A DNA stretch of 64,000 bases, taken from NCBI GenBank assembly GCA_021157815.1, contig JAGGVT010000096.1, forward strand, positions 9,335 to 73,334, in the 5' to 3' direction. Under the pieces are notes generated by a model. That model did no database searches and was not told where the DNA came from. It saw only the letters and a list, made by a program, of their open reading frames with translations. The position numbers and the translations under genes were made by a program. Position 1 is the stretch's first letter. Each line of letters opens with the position of its first letter. Source of the DNA: a bacterium (lineage in GTDB: Bacteria > JAJVIF01 > JAGGVT01). Shown in pieces: positions 11,317 through 20,743 of this stretch.

Positions 11317-12159
11317 CTATTCACCCGTCTCAAGCATAATCACCAAACGGCCGCCCTCCTCCTCCGCCCTGACCATTACTCCGTTGCGCGTAATAAAATA
11401 GTGACCGAAGGTTATATCATTCGCTTTCATGTCAACCTCGTACGCAATTATCTTCCTGTTGCCGAATTCCATTTCATGCTTGATTTTTGGTGTCATGGTC
11501 AGATTATAAAAGTCCTGCTGCACGATGCTTAGCACGCGAAGCGTTTCAGTGCGTCCGGTTTTAAGGCGCGGCTGGGTGCAGATTAGCGCCATCTGGCCTA
11601 TGAAATTGTTGTCGAATAAAAAAACATCATCGGGGATTTCCTTTATGAAAACCTTAGGTTCGTCATCGCCGGGTTTTTGGTGCTGAAAGTGCGCATGTCC
11701 GTTTTCAAAACGGGCATGGATACTGTAATGGCCGTCCATTGTGCTTCTTTTCCCGAATGATGAGTCCATTTCCCTATCATAGCTTAGCAGTCGCCAGTTT
11801 TCATCGAACACGAGAACACTCTCGCCGCTCATCCTTTCGTTGAATTCCTCGTTGTCTATATCTATTGATGTTAACAGGCGGTAATTGTTGTTTTCATTTT
11901 TGTCCAGCTTAAAAGTCGCGGAACCGATTTCAACATCCAGCATTTTGAAAACATACCTGTATTCCCTGCCGAGTTCGTATGGAATTCCGCGCTCACCCGG
12001 ATTCGTGTATGTAATCTTCTGGACAACAGGAGTTTCAGGGCTATTTCCCCCGTCTGGTGGAGATATTTTTTCTTTCCCGCGTCCACATGCGCTGAGATTT
12101 GGCAGAACAATCAGCAGAAGCACAAGAAATATGAGTTGTTTTATTCTGGTGAGTATCAT
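11317..12159 (-). CDS. hypothetical lipoprotein
   Basis: Signal peptide with lipobox LSACGRG; no recognisable domain. Confidence 0.7.
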   Translation of the reverse strand: MILTRIKQLIFLVLLLIVLPNLSACGRGKEKISPPDGGNSPETPVVQKITYTNPGERGIPYELGREYRYVFKMLDVEIGSATFKLDKNENNNYRLLTSIDIDNEEFNERMSGESVLVFDENWRLLSYDREMDSSFGKRSTMDGHYSIHARFENGHAHFQHQKPGDDEPKVFIKEIPDDVFLFDNNFIGQMALICTQPRLKTGRTETLRVLSIVQQDFYNLTMTPKIKHEMEFGNRKIIAYEVDMKANDITFGHYFITRNGVMVRAEEEGGRLVIMLETGE

Positions 12160-12210
12160 GTTTTTTTCTAAGAGACTGTTGCCAACAAGATATTTCTATT
12201 GGAATCCGTA

Positions 12211-12320
12211 AAAAAGGGGACAGTCCAGAAAAACTTCCAGTATGATGATTTCAATAAACATTGTTCTAAATCCCAGTGTTTATCGTATTTATAAACGTTG
12301 TGGGACAATCCCCTTTTTTA
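12211..12320. mobile_element. MITE-like element, copy 1 (TIR AAAAGGGGACAGTCC)
   Basis: aaaaaggggacagtcc ... tgggacaatcccctttttt terminal inverted repeats flank about 80 bp. Homologous copies lie at 41644-41756 and 43066-43201. Confidence 0.5.
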
Positions 12321-12376
12321 CTCAATTTATTAGATTTAGTTTTTATCATTTAGTTTGTTATTTTACAACACCTTCT

Positions 12377-13441
12377 CTATGAAAACTTCCAGTTATTCGA
12401 AAGCGCGCTCTGAGTTTCCTTAACCGCGCGTTTTACATTATCCATCACATGCAGATATTCAGGCTCATCCGGATCGACTTCGCCGCGCATGGCTCTCATT
12501 GTTTCAATCACACTCGCCGCGAGCGCGGTGTAGTCATATCCGCCCTCTAAAAATGCGAACATCGGAATTCCCCGCTCCGAACAGAATTTATCAACCGTTC
12601 CCGCCATCCATCTGAAAGTTTGCGTTGAGAAAGTCAGCGATGCCAGCGGGTCGCGCTCGTGAGCGTCATAACCGGCGCTTATAAGCAGAATCTGCGGATC
12701 ATACTGCTCAAGAACAGGCATTATAACGGATGCAAAACAGTATTTCGCTTCAGCATCGCCGCTGACCGGAGCGAGAGGAATATTCACATTAAAACCTTCT
12801 CCATCACCGATCCCGATTTCATCAGAACGGCCTGTACCCGGATATGCCGGATGCTGGTGAGTTGAAATGTATAAAATCTCTTTCTCGGAATAGAACGAAT
12901 TCTCTGTTCCGTTGCCGTGATGAACATCCCAGTCCAGGATTGCCACTCGTTCAAGGCCGTAATCGCGAATCGCGGCGCGGGCGGCAATCGCGATGTTGTT
13001 AAACAGGCAGAAACCCATCGCGCGGTTCGCAATCGCGTGATGTCCCGGCGGACGAGGCAGCGCAATCGCCCTGCTCTCTTTTCCATTTTCATCAGTTGTG
13101 CCGTAGTAGTTATGCAACATGTCAATACCGGCTCCAACGGCTTTTTCAGCGGCGATAAACGAACCGGGTGAAATAATCGTGTCAGGATCAAGATTGCGTC
13201 CTGAACCTCCCGACAATGCGGCGACTTCCTCTTTTATCATTTCATAATAGGAGTCATCATGATTTAGAAGAATGTATCCTTTCGATGCCGGTCTGGGGTC
13301 TCTAAGTTCAACAACCCCGATAACAAGGTCCTTGTCAATCGCGTTGATAATGGATGTCAGCCGTCCCGCATTTTCGGGATGATCTCCGGTATCGTGATCA
13401 AGAAATTCCACGCAATAATATACTGGCAGAGCGCTAATCAT
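12377..13441 (-). CDS. histone deacetylase-family (arginase/deacetylase fold) amidohydrolase, AcuC/HDAC-like
   Basis: RPPGHHA, GFCLFNNIAIAA, ILDWDVHHGNGTE, YISTHQHPAYPGTG. Confidence 0.9.
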   Translation of the reverse strand: MISALPVYYCVEFLDHDTGDHPENAGRLTSIINAIDKDLVIGVVELRDPRPASKGYILLNHDDSYYEMIKEEVAALSGGSGRNLDPDTIISPGSFIAAEKAVGAGIDMLHNYYGTTDENGKESRAIALPRPPGHHAIANRAMGFCLFNNIAIAARAAIRDYGLERVAILDWDVHHGNGTENSFYSEKEILYISTHQHPAYPGTGRSDEIGIGDGEGFNVNIPLAPVSGDAEAKYCFASVIMPVLEQYDPQILLISAGYDAHERDPLASLTFSTQTFRWMAGTVDKFCSERGIPMFAFLEGGYDYTALAASVIETMRAMRGEVDPDEPEYLHVMDNVKRAVKETQSALSNNWKFS

Positions 13442-14061
13442 TTTTCTTTGTCCTTTTGAGTTGATTCATTAACCGGTTTATCCTCAGATGAAACACCATC
13501 GTTTTCATTGTCTATATCTTTTGGCTCATACTTTCTTGGCTGCGTTCTGGTATAGAAACCAATAGTTGTGATTGTAATCATCAGGCCTTTCGCACCCTTG
13601 AACCGCTCCCTGATTTCAACAAGCTCCTTCGGCGGATCGGACATTGAAATGGTGATTTTACGAAGGCCGTTCTTGTCAAGGATATCAATCATATTTACCT
13701 TTGTCAGTCCGCCCAAATATTCAATATACCAATTCTTGACAACATCAATCGGATCATCCGTTGAATAAAAAACAGCCTGAGTCATATCAATGCCACTTTC
13801 CAATACCGCTTTTTGCGAATTTGGATAGGCCGGAATCCGGCTTTGTATCTTCTTTTCACTCTGTGATTCACCCTCCTCAGAATCATTATCCGTTGATGTA
13901 AGCGTTACCAATTCCGGCTTTTCCTTTTCAGCCGCAATGGGCTTTTCCTCCTTTATCTCTGAGCTTCCACGCATAAGCGCGACAGCAACCAAAAGAAGGA
14001 TTATTGGGAAAAGATAGGTTAAAAGTGGATATTTTCTCATGTTTCTTTCACTATTGCGCAA
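13438..14061 (-). CDS. hypothetical membrane-anchored protein, co-transcribed with the HDAC-like gene
   Basis: N-terminal TM anchor; 4-bp overlap (ATGA) with downstream HDAC-like gene. Confidence 0.65.
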   Translation of the reverse strand: MRNSERNMRKYPLLTYLFPIILLLVAVALMRGSSEIKEEKPIAAEKEKPELVTLTSTDNDSEEGESQSEKKIQSRIPAYPNSQKAVLESGIDMTQAVFYSTDDPIDVVKNWYIEYLGGLTKVNMIDILDKNGLRKITISMSDPPKELVEIRERFKGAKGLMITITTIGFYTRTQPRKYEPKDIDNENDGVSSEDKPVNESTQKDKEK

Positions 14062-14526
14062 TTTGTAATGAATTTACGCCTGTTTTATTCTGACACGAGT
14101 CGAGCACCGTCTTTAATGTTCATTAAATATTAATAATTCATATTAACCGAGAGCACATTACCTACCTATTTATCGATAATATCCGTTAAATACTCTTAAT
14201 TCAGATTTATCGCACATTAACGCTAGTTCTCCGCGGCTTAAATCGTTCCAAAATGAATATCCCAAAGTAAAATCTTACGATCAACATCCTGTCCAGAGAA
14301 TTAATTTGCTATTATCATTGTGCAGAATGTAATGAATTCTGCAACCTGCATTTTACCTAATTTGCACATTCACTTTCATTAAAGTTCATTAAATATGAAT
14401 TAATACGATTAATTTGCAATTCGTCATCGCTTAAATAAATCCCGCATGTAATTAATCGCGGTTATTCATATTATTTGCGCAAAACTAATGGTAATTGCAA
14501 GTATTGCATTTTATTAATTTTTTTCC

Positions 14527-14704
14527 CTGGGAGCGCTGGTCTCTGACCGGCATCTGGTTAGGCTAACTGGAAATATTAAACTGAATCTAACCAGTATTGT
14601 TGATAAACCCAATCCTTGTCTTTAGGTATTCCATCAGTTAGACAAACTCTATTGATTTCAATTAACCTGACACAGGTGCCGACCAGAGACCAGCGCTCCC
14701 GGGT
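14527..14704. repeat. Long inverted-repeat element (about 24-bp arms, about 125-bp interior with nested palindrome)
   Basis: gggagcgctggtctctgaccggca ... gccgaccagagaccagcgctccc; inner ctggttaggct/agcctaaccag-type palindrome. It lies in a 700-bp AT-rich non-coding region. Confidence 0.45.
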
Positions 14705-14765
14705 TCAGATTTTTACCTATACTAAAAGATCATCAGACACAACTAATTACGGATTTCCCCTACTA

Positions 14766-15257
14766 TCAATCCCCAACGCTATCACCGCTGAATATCAGAG
14801 AGATGATTTTCCATTTCCCTCGAATTTTCATAAGCGAAAATATATCAACGCCAGTTTGATGATTTGTTGAATCGCGATAATCATAATCACATACCACTGT
14901 CGCCATGCTGCTGCGATGGATCTCTATTTTTCGATTCGTCAGTTTGTCGGAAATAAATATCTCTTCCTTGAACATTTCCTTTGTTTCTTTCACCCATTCG
15001 GCAAGGCTCATTATATCCTGTTTGGTGTGGTTATCGAAATCGATTCCAATAACGGCACGATAATGGAACAGATTTTGGACATCTGTCATTTTCTTCGATG
15101 AATAAGCTTCCTGGAATTCATCGATGACAGCATCGACCGCATCGGTTTCATCAGCGGCAATCGCACTCCCCGATTCAGTTGCGGATGGGATAATGCATCC
15201 AAGCATAAATCCCACCATGACAAAAAGAATCGCGGCAATAATATTTTGCTTTTTCAT
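14766..15257 (-). CDS. hypothetical lipoprotein, NTF2/SnoaL-like fold suspected
   Basis: Signal peptide with lipobox FMLGCIIPS; about 130-aa mature domain of the size and pattern of DUF4440/SnoaL-like proteins (weak). Confidence 0.55.
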   Translation of the reverse strand: MKKQNIIAAILFVMVGFMLGCIIPSATESGSAIAADETDAVDAVIDEFQEAYSSKKMTDVQNLFHYRAVIGIDFDNHTKQDIMSLAEWVKETKEMFKEEIFISDKLTNRKIEIHRSSMATVVCDYDYRDSTNHQTGVDIFSLMKIRGKWKIISLIFSGDSVGD

Positions 15258-15401
15258 TTTTGCACCCTCTCACAAATTAATCACTGTGATTATAACGCAT
15301 TTGGTGAAATGAAAAAGCTATTCAATTGGCATAACTCCTCAAACCATGAAAAGACCCCGCATATCGCGGGGTCTTGGATTTACAAATAAGCCAGATTGCT
15401 T

Positions 15402-16382
15402 TTACTCAATGATCGGTATTTCTTCTTTGGATATTAAATATTTCTCGGGAATAATCAGGTCTTTGAGGTTTTCCTGTGTGAGAATAGGTTTTGATGTATC
15501 GAGTAGATCAAACTCACATGAGAACATCGATACCATATCGGACAAATTGTTTCCCCCTCCGTGATAAATGCAGTGCTTGATATACTCATTTCCGTTGATA
15601 TTCAAATAAACGTAGTTGGATTCATCATCTTTACCCCACTTAAACTGAACATTGGATTTGTCAACCAGTTTGGCAAAACTATCAAAGTTTTCACCGATGA
15701 CGAAATACTGCGGGCCGAGTGTTTCAATAAATGATGATGGAAGAACACCGTTATCAACGTAGAAATTCCCTGAATTCGTGAACAGGATATCGGTGAGCTG
15801 ACCAAACATAGCTAGAAGTTTTTTCTCATCCTCATCGAGTATTTTAGTTATGCTTGTGTTAACACCAATAAATATAGATGATTCCAAATCACTTTCTGAT
15901 GGAAATACATATTTAAGATTTCGCCACATGTCCTGATCGTCTGATTCATCTTGCCCGAAATACAAATAGTTAAATTGCGCGGAAGACCCGGAAAGCCGCT
16001 TATACCCTACCTCACCAAAATTCTGTTCGTTAACTATAACATCATTACTATTATCCAAAATCTGTACTGGATTTCCTGTTGACAGGTTTCTTGGCCAAAA
16101 TAATATGTGGCCGCTTGATACAAGAGTGTTAAATGAATCCGGCATGTTATCGTACGTTTTGAAATAACCTATACTGGCTTTTCTAAATATGTCATACGAA
16201 CTTAGCTGTATGGCAGATAGGGATTTGTCGTTTTCCTCAATCGGGAATGACCAATTATCAGAAATTGAGGTATCTCGTTCCTGTGTCTGTTTGTTTGAAT
16301 TGTCAATGACAATATCAGTTTTCTGGTTGGATGAACATCCGAATAGAACAGCAACCATTATTAATAAAACAAAAAATCTCAT
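15402..16382 (-). CDS. hypothetical lipoprotein, paralog of 38340..39272
   Basis: Lipobox LFGCSSNQ; shares SG(H/L)I(L/V)(F/V)WP.N..TGNPV motif with the 38340..39272 protein. Confidence 0.7.
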   Translation of the reverse strand: MRFFVLLIMVAVLFGCSSNQKTDIVIDNSNKQTQERDTSISDNWSFPIEENDKSLSAIQLSSYDIFRKASIGYFKTYDNMPDSFNTLVSSGHILFWPRNLSTGNPVQILDNSNDVIVNEQNFGEVGYKRLSGSSAQFNYLYFGQDESDDQDMWRNLKYVFPSESDLESSIFIGVNTSITKILDEDEKKLLAMFGQLTDILFTNSGNFYVDNGVLPSSFIETLGPQYFVIGENFDSFAKLVDKSNVQFKWGKDDESNYVYLNINGNEYIKHCIYHGGGNNLSDMVSMFSCEFDLLDTSKPILTQENLKDLIIPEKYLISKEEIPIIE

Positions 16383-16414
16383 AATCTAATCTCCATGGGT
16401 TTGATGAGTAAAAA

Positions 16415-16642
16415 TTAACCATTGTGGCACGGCTGCGATTCCCACACTGCCTCCGGTTTGCCACCTTCAGGGCAGAAAAAACACCGCGTATAATCACAAT
16501 ACGGTCTATCAGGTATTACTTCTATAAACCACCAATTCTTACTAACATCATAATCGCTACTGCAAGGTTGACTATAGACAACAGTTTTACTGCCTGCGAA
16601 TATTTTGCATGTCGCGGGTATCTCAAAGACTCTCCTTCTCAA
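16415..16642 (-). CDS. possible small Cys-rich protein (75 aa)
   Basis: ORF only; 6 Cys including C..C and CFFC pairs; located between the kinase gene and the lipoprotein gene on the same strand. Confidence 0.3.
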   Translation of the reverse strand: MRRRVFEIPATCKIFAGSKTVVYSQPCSSDYDVSKNWWFIEVIPDRPYCDYTRCFFCPEGGKPEAVWESQPCHNG

Positions 16643-16807
16643 CGGTGATATGGAATTCAGTAAACTGTAGCTATTATACCACGCCGGGGGGGGCGCAAGC
16701 GCAAATATAAATTATTTCGAATTATTATTAACAGCCTAAGTGACAGCCTGGAATAACCAGAATGACATTTTTTACTCCGTTAATGAAAATTAATCACACC
16801 GTTTAGG

Positions 16808-19800
16808 TTACACATGCGCTGAAGTATTATCAGCGGATAGAAGCATGTCGTATTTGTGGCGGAATTTTTCACGCCATTTCATCTGGAAAATCTTTCTCTC
16901 CAGCGTGCCAAGCACCTCTTTGCTCTTTGCGATGTGCTTATTTCCGGAATCCTCTTCACCGTGTTCGTTAAGGAAGACACCGTAACGGTAATAGAACAGC
17001 ACGATGAAAGTCCGGGGACTTTTATCTGATTTTTCATTGATTGCATTTTCAATCTGAGTATAAAGCGGTTTGGCGGAATCGATATCGCCTCTTTGCGCTA
17101 AAACCAGCGCATGCTCAAGCATAAATGCCAGTTTCAACCAGCTTCCTGCTTGAACCGTCGGAGATTCAAGCCCCTTTTTAATATTCTCTTCCGCCTTTTC
17201 CAAATCGCCAAGCCGGCTTGCAAGTTTGGCATTTATAAGATAATTGAACGGAATGCCGCGCTCGTATCCAATGTCTTTTTTTATTTCGTATGCCAGAAGG
17301 GAATAATTCTCCGCAAGTTTGTATTTACCTTGTTCCATCTGGGCAAACGCGATATTCGTCAGGGTTTCACATTCACCCTGCCTGTCGCCCAGAGCTCTGA
17401 ATACCATAAGCGCGCGTTCGTAATAATCCATCGATTCCCTGTACTCACCAAGTTCGAAAAGAACATCCGCCATTGTAACGTGCACTTTTGCCTGCACTCT
17501 TGTATCAGCAAGGCGTGCCTGGGAGGATATTATTTCTCTCAGGAGAATCATCGCCCTTTCGAATTCACCCTCCTCTGTGTAGATAATAGCCATGTTCCCA
17601 ATCGGAAGAACCTCACCCTGGATATCATCAATCTCCCTGAAAAGCCGAATGCTTCTTTCAAGCCATTCCTTTGCCAGCGGAATGTCGCCCAGTATTTTAT
17701 ATATCAATCCCATATTGTTATAGATACGCGCCATGCCCTCACGATCATTCAATGTTTCGCATATTTCACGTGATTTGCCAAGAACATCGATTGCCTTGTC
17801 AAAATCACCCTGAAAGCAGAAATTAATGCTCAGCTCCTTAAGGATAAGGGCGACTTCTCTGTCATCCCCGGTTTCCTTGAGAACGTCAAGCCCGTTTTTG
17901 AAATAATCAATGCTTGAACGGTAATCGGCAATCGACCGGTAGTATTCACCAAGAGCTTTCAACGCCTGCCCTTCGAGATGCGTATCACGAGAGAGGATAG
18001 CGCGATTATAGGCGCTATATGTATTTTCACGATAACTATCGGCATCGCCGGATTGCCTTGCCAACGCGCCTTTCAGAAGATAGAACCTGCCGAGAAGATG
18101 TTCATCCTTGCCTGTTTTATTCTCCAACGCTTTCATGCCGCACTCGCACCATTCCTCCGCCTGTGATTTCAGGTTGATTTTTTGCGCATATCGTGCCGCT
18201 TTCAGGTAATATTCCGCGACATCGGCTGTCTGTCCGGCTTTCTCAAGATGTTCCGCAATTTTGGCTGCAAGTTTCTGGTCATGATGAATATTCGAACGCA
18301 GCACTTCAGCCGCCGCGATATGTTTCTCCCTTTTCACATCATCCGGAATACTGGAATAAACAACCTTGCAAAGCATATTTGGATTGAAAGTGTACGTGTC
18401 GTCCGTTCGGACAAACACATGGTGTTCATCCGCAAGGCTTTTGACAACCTTCTCCACACTTGCAGATGATGATCCGGAAAGCGCCGCGAGATTATCGATT
18501 ATGAATTCGTTCCCGAGTATGGATGCCCACTTCAACGCGTCCTGCATGTTATCCGGAAGCATCTCCATTCTCTCCAGCATTAGAGATTGCACCGAACGCG
18601 GGTTATCCTGAACATCAATATCGGAACTCAACCTTACGGAACCTCCGTCCCTGATAATCTGTTTCTGGTTTTCCAAAGATTTCAGCATTTCAACCAGATA
18701 GAAAGGATTTCCACCCATAGTTGCGTGCAGCATTTCAGCCAGCCTGTGGGCATCCTCAGGATATTCCCATGAGTACTTTGAAAGCAGAAGTTCATGCGTT
18801 TGAGACAGATCTAAATCTCTGATTTCATAAAGCAGGTAATTGGCGCGCCTTGAGAATTCCTCCATAAGACTGCTCATATCACCTTCATTTGCCATATTGA
18901 AAGTTACAACAATCATCACAGGATATTTTGCCGTGGCTATTGAGATATCACGCAAAAGTTGCAATGACTGGGAATCAACATAGTTGACATCATCAATACA
19001 GATAATCAACTTGTGCTTGAGAGAAAGATGCTTGAATCCCGTCGCGATGAGTTTCTGGTAATTAATCTCATCCATCATCTGGGTCGGTTCCTTCACATCC
19101 CCGACATTTGGAGTGATAAGGGCAACTAACGGCGAAACAAGCAAAGGTATTTCAGGGAACATATCGGTAAGGAAATTCTTGTAATGCTCAACTTCGCTAT
19201 CCCCGAGGTATGATCGCCACAATCGTTTTGTCGTTTCAAATGGGCGGTTTTTATCTCCCGGATACGCGGTTGTTCTCATGATGCAGATATCGCTTTCATC
19301 AGCCGCGATTTGTTGAAGCAATTCCAGGCTCCATCGCGATTTCCCAAGTCCGGTATCCGCTTTCAATGCGAGAATCCTGCCTAATCCCTCATCCAGCCCG
19401 TTTTTCAGCCAACGCTTTAGTTCATCAATTTCATCAGCGCCGACCAACACTATGTCATTGCTGTTTTTAAAATTTTTCAGATACTGCACCACATCCTGCC
19501 CGGCTGGTTGGTCCTTGCCTCTCGACTGGAACCATTCCACGCCAAGGAAGAATTTACGCTCCAGCTCCTCCGCTTTCACAAGCAGATCGTTCAGTTCATC
19601 GAGTGTTGGTGGATGCGGAGCGGCGATCTCATCCGCGAGATTCCCTACATCACTCAGGAACAAAGAGACATTATCATCATCGCTTCTTTCCTGCTCCTTG
19701 AAAGCGTCGATTATTTGCCACAAAACCTTGCCGACACTCTTTCTATCACGTTTGAAATCCGCTTCCGATGAAATCAGGTTGGCAAGTCCGAAATCGATTA

Positions 19801-20323
19801 CTTTCATGAGGTGGCGCGATGTTGAAACGTCATCGTACATCACGTTCTTCACATGCAAATCGCCATGAATCAGATTGTTGCGTTTCAATGCAATCAGCAC
19901 ATGAAGAAGCTGAATGATTGTTACGATTATCATGCGGCCATCTATCGGCTGTTTCTCTTCAATGTACTCCTGCAGCGTTTTGCCATATACGCGTTCCCAG
20001 ACAATGAAAGGGACGAACACTTTTTCACCGTCTATTTCACAATTTTCCTCGCCGAAATCTGTAACGGAAGCAATGTACGGGCACCCGCGCACCTTCATCG
20101 CGCGTTTTGCCTCCTGAACCCACTCGGGACCCAGAGGAATTTTAACTCCGCCTATCTCAGTGTTAATAACCTTGACAACAACCTCTCCCTCGAGAAGTTC
20201 ATCGTAGGCCAGATAGGCTCGAGCCATTAAACCATGGCCGATTTCCTCAAGAAGCACATAACGCTCCTTGATTTTTAAACCGGCAAGATTAGTCGCACTT
20301 TCTGTCGTATCAGTTATCTGCAT
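16808..20323 (-). CDS. Ser/Thr protein kinase fused to STAND-type P-loop NTPase and TPR repeats (PknK/MalT-like architecture)
   Basis: Kinase subdomains VVVKVIN, HGDLHVKNVMY, IDFGLANL. P-loop KADTGLGKS. Long C-terminal TPR-like region with repeated A..Y......Y..A pattern. Confidence 0.9.
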   Translation of the reverse strand: MQITDTTESATNLAGLKIKERYVLLEEIGHGLMARAYLAYDELLEGEVVVKVINTEIGGVKIPLGPEWVQEAKRAMKVRGCPYIASVTDFGEENCEIDGEKVFVPFIVWERVYGKTLQEYIEEKQPIDGRMIIVTIIQLLHVLIALKRNNLIHGDLHVKNVMYDDVSTSRHLMKVIDFGLANLISSEADFKRDRKSVGKVLWQIIDAFKEQERSDDDNVSLFLSDVGNLADEIAAPHPPTLDELNDLLVKAEELERKFFLGVEWFQSRGKDQPAGQDVVQYLKNFKNSNDIVLVGADEIDELKRWLKNGLDEGLGRILALKADTGLGKSRWSLELLQQIAADESDICIMRTTAYPGDKNRPFETTKRLWRSYLGDSEVEHYKNFLTDMFPEIPLLVSPLVALITPNVGDVKEPTQMMDEINYQKLIATGFKHLSLKHKLIICIDDVNYVDSQSLQLLRDISIATAKYPVMIVVTFNMANEGDMSSLMEEFSRRANYLLYEIRDLDLSQTHELLLSKYSWEYPEDAHRLAEMLHATMGGNPFYLVEMLKSLENQKQIIRDGGSVRLSSDIDVQDNPRSVQSLMLERMEMLPDNMQDALKWASILGNEFIIDNLAALSGSSSASVEKVVKSLADEHHVFVRTDDTYTFNPNMLCKVVYSSIPDDVKREKHIAAAEVLRSNIHHDQKLAAKIAEHLEKAGQTADVAEYYLKAARYAQKINLKSQAEEWCECGMKALENKTGKDEHLLGRFYLLKGALARQSGDADSYRENTYSAYNRAILSRDTHLEGQALKALGEYYRSIADYRSSIDYFKNGLDVLKETGDDREVALILKELSINFCFQGDFDKAIDVLGKSREICETLNDREGMARIYNNMGLIYKILGDIPLAKEWLERSIRLFREIDDIQGEVLPIGNMAIIYTEEGEFERAMILLREIISSQARLADTRVQAKVHVTMADVLFELGEYRESMDYYERALMVFRALGDRQGECETLTNIAFAQMEQGKYKLAENYSLLAYEIKKDIGYERGIPFNYLINAKLASRLGDLEKAEENIKKGLESPTVQAGSWLKLAFMLEHALVLAQRGDIDSAKPLYTQIENAINEKSDKSPRTFIVLFYYRYGVFLNEHGEEDSGNKHIAKSKEVLGTLERKIFQMKWREKFRHKYDMLLSADNTSAHV

Positions 20324-20665
20324 TATAAGGTACGCGCATACTATCCTCTTGCACTAATAATATTGCCTGAAAACGCTATTCTTTTATTTATAGGGCTTTA
20401 TTTCAAGAAAAAAAAAGGCCCCCGGGCTGGGATGCGGTCGCCTGGGGAGCCGTACTTGGGAGAAAAGTTGAGATGCATCAGGTTGCGTTATCATAGAGCA
20501 CCTCATTAATTCTCATTAATAGTATCGGAAGCAAATGTGGTTTTTTACCCTTTTTTCCAAAAAAATATTAAATCTTTTTAAGGTTGATTAACCCGCAGGG
20601 AATTTGCATTTTATTTCGAAAGTTTGCCGCGCTTCCTCCGATATAAAAATCGGTGATAGCACTTC

Positions 20666-20700
20666 CCTCAAAGAAAACCGCCTGGGAACGCAGGCGGTTT
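20666..20700 (-). terminator. rho-independent terminator downstream of 20744..23365
   Basis: aaccgcctgggaacgcaggcggtt hairpin followed on the minus strand by TTTTCTTTG. Confidence 0.55.
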
Positions 20701-20743
20701 GTCTATTTCAGTAAAGGAATCCTTCTCAATATTACAACTTCAA

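Noticed and set aside
14616-14870. 84-aa ORF in the 14.1-14.8 kb gap
   Set aside because: It spans the inverted-repeat element and AT-rich sequence, overlaps the 3' end of 14766..15257 on the other strand, and has no RBS or domain.
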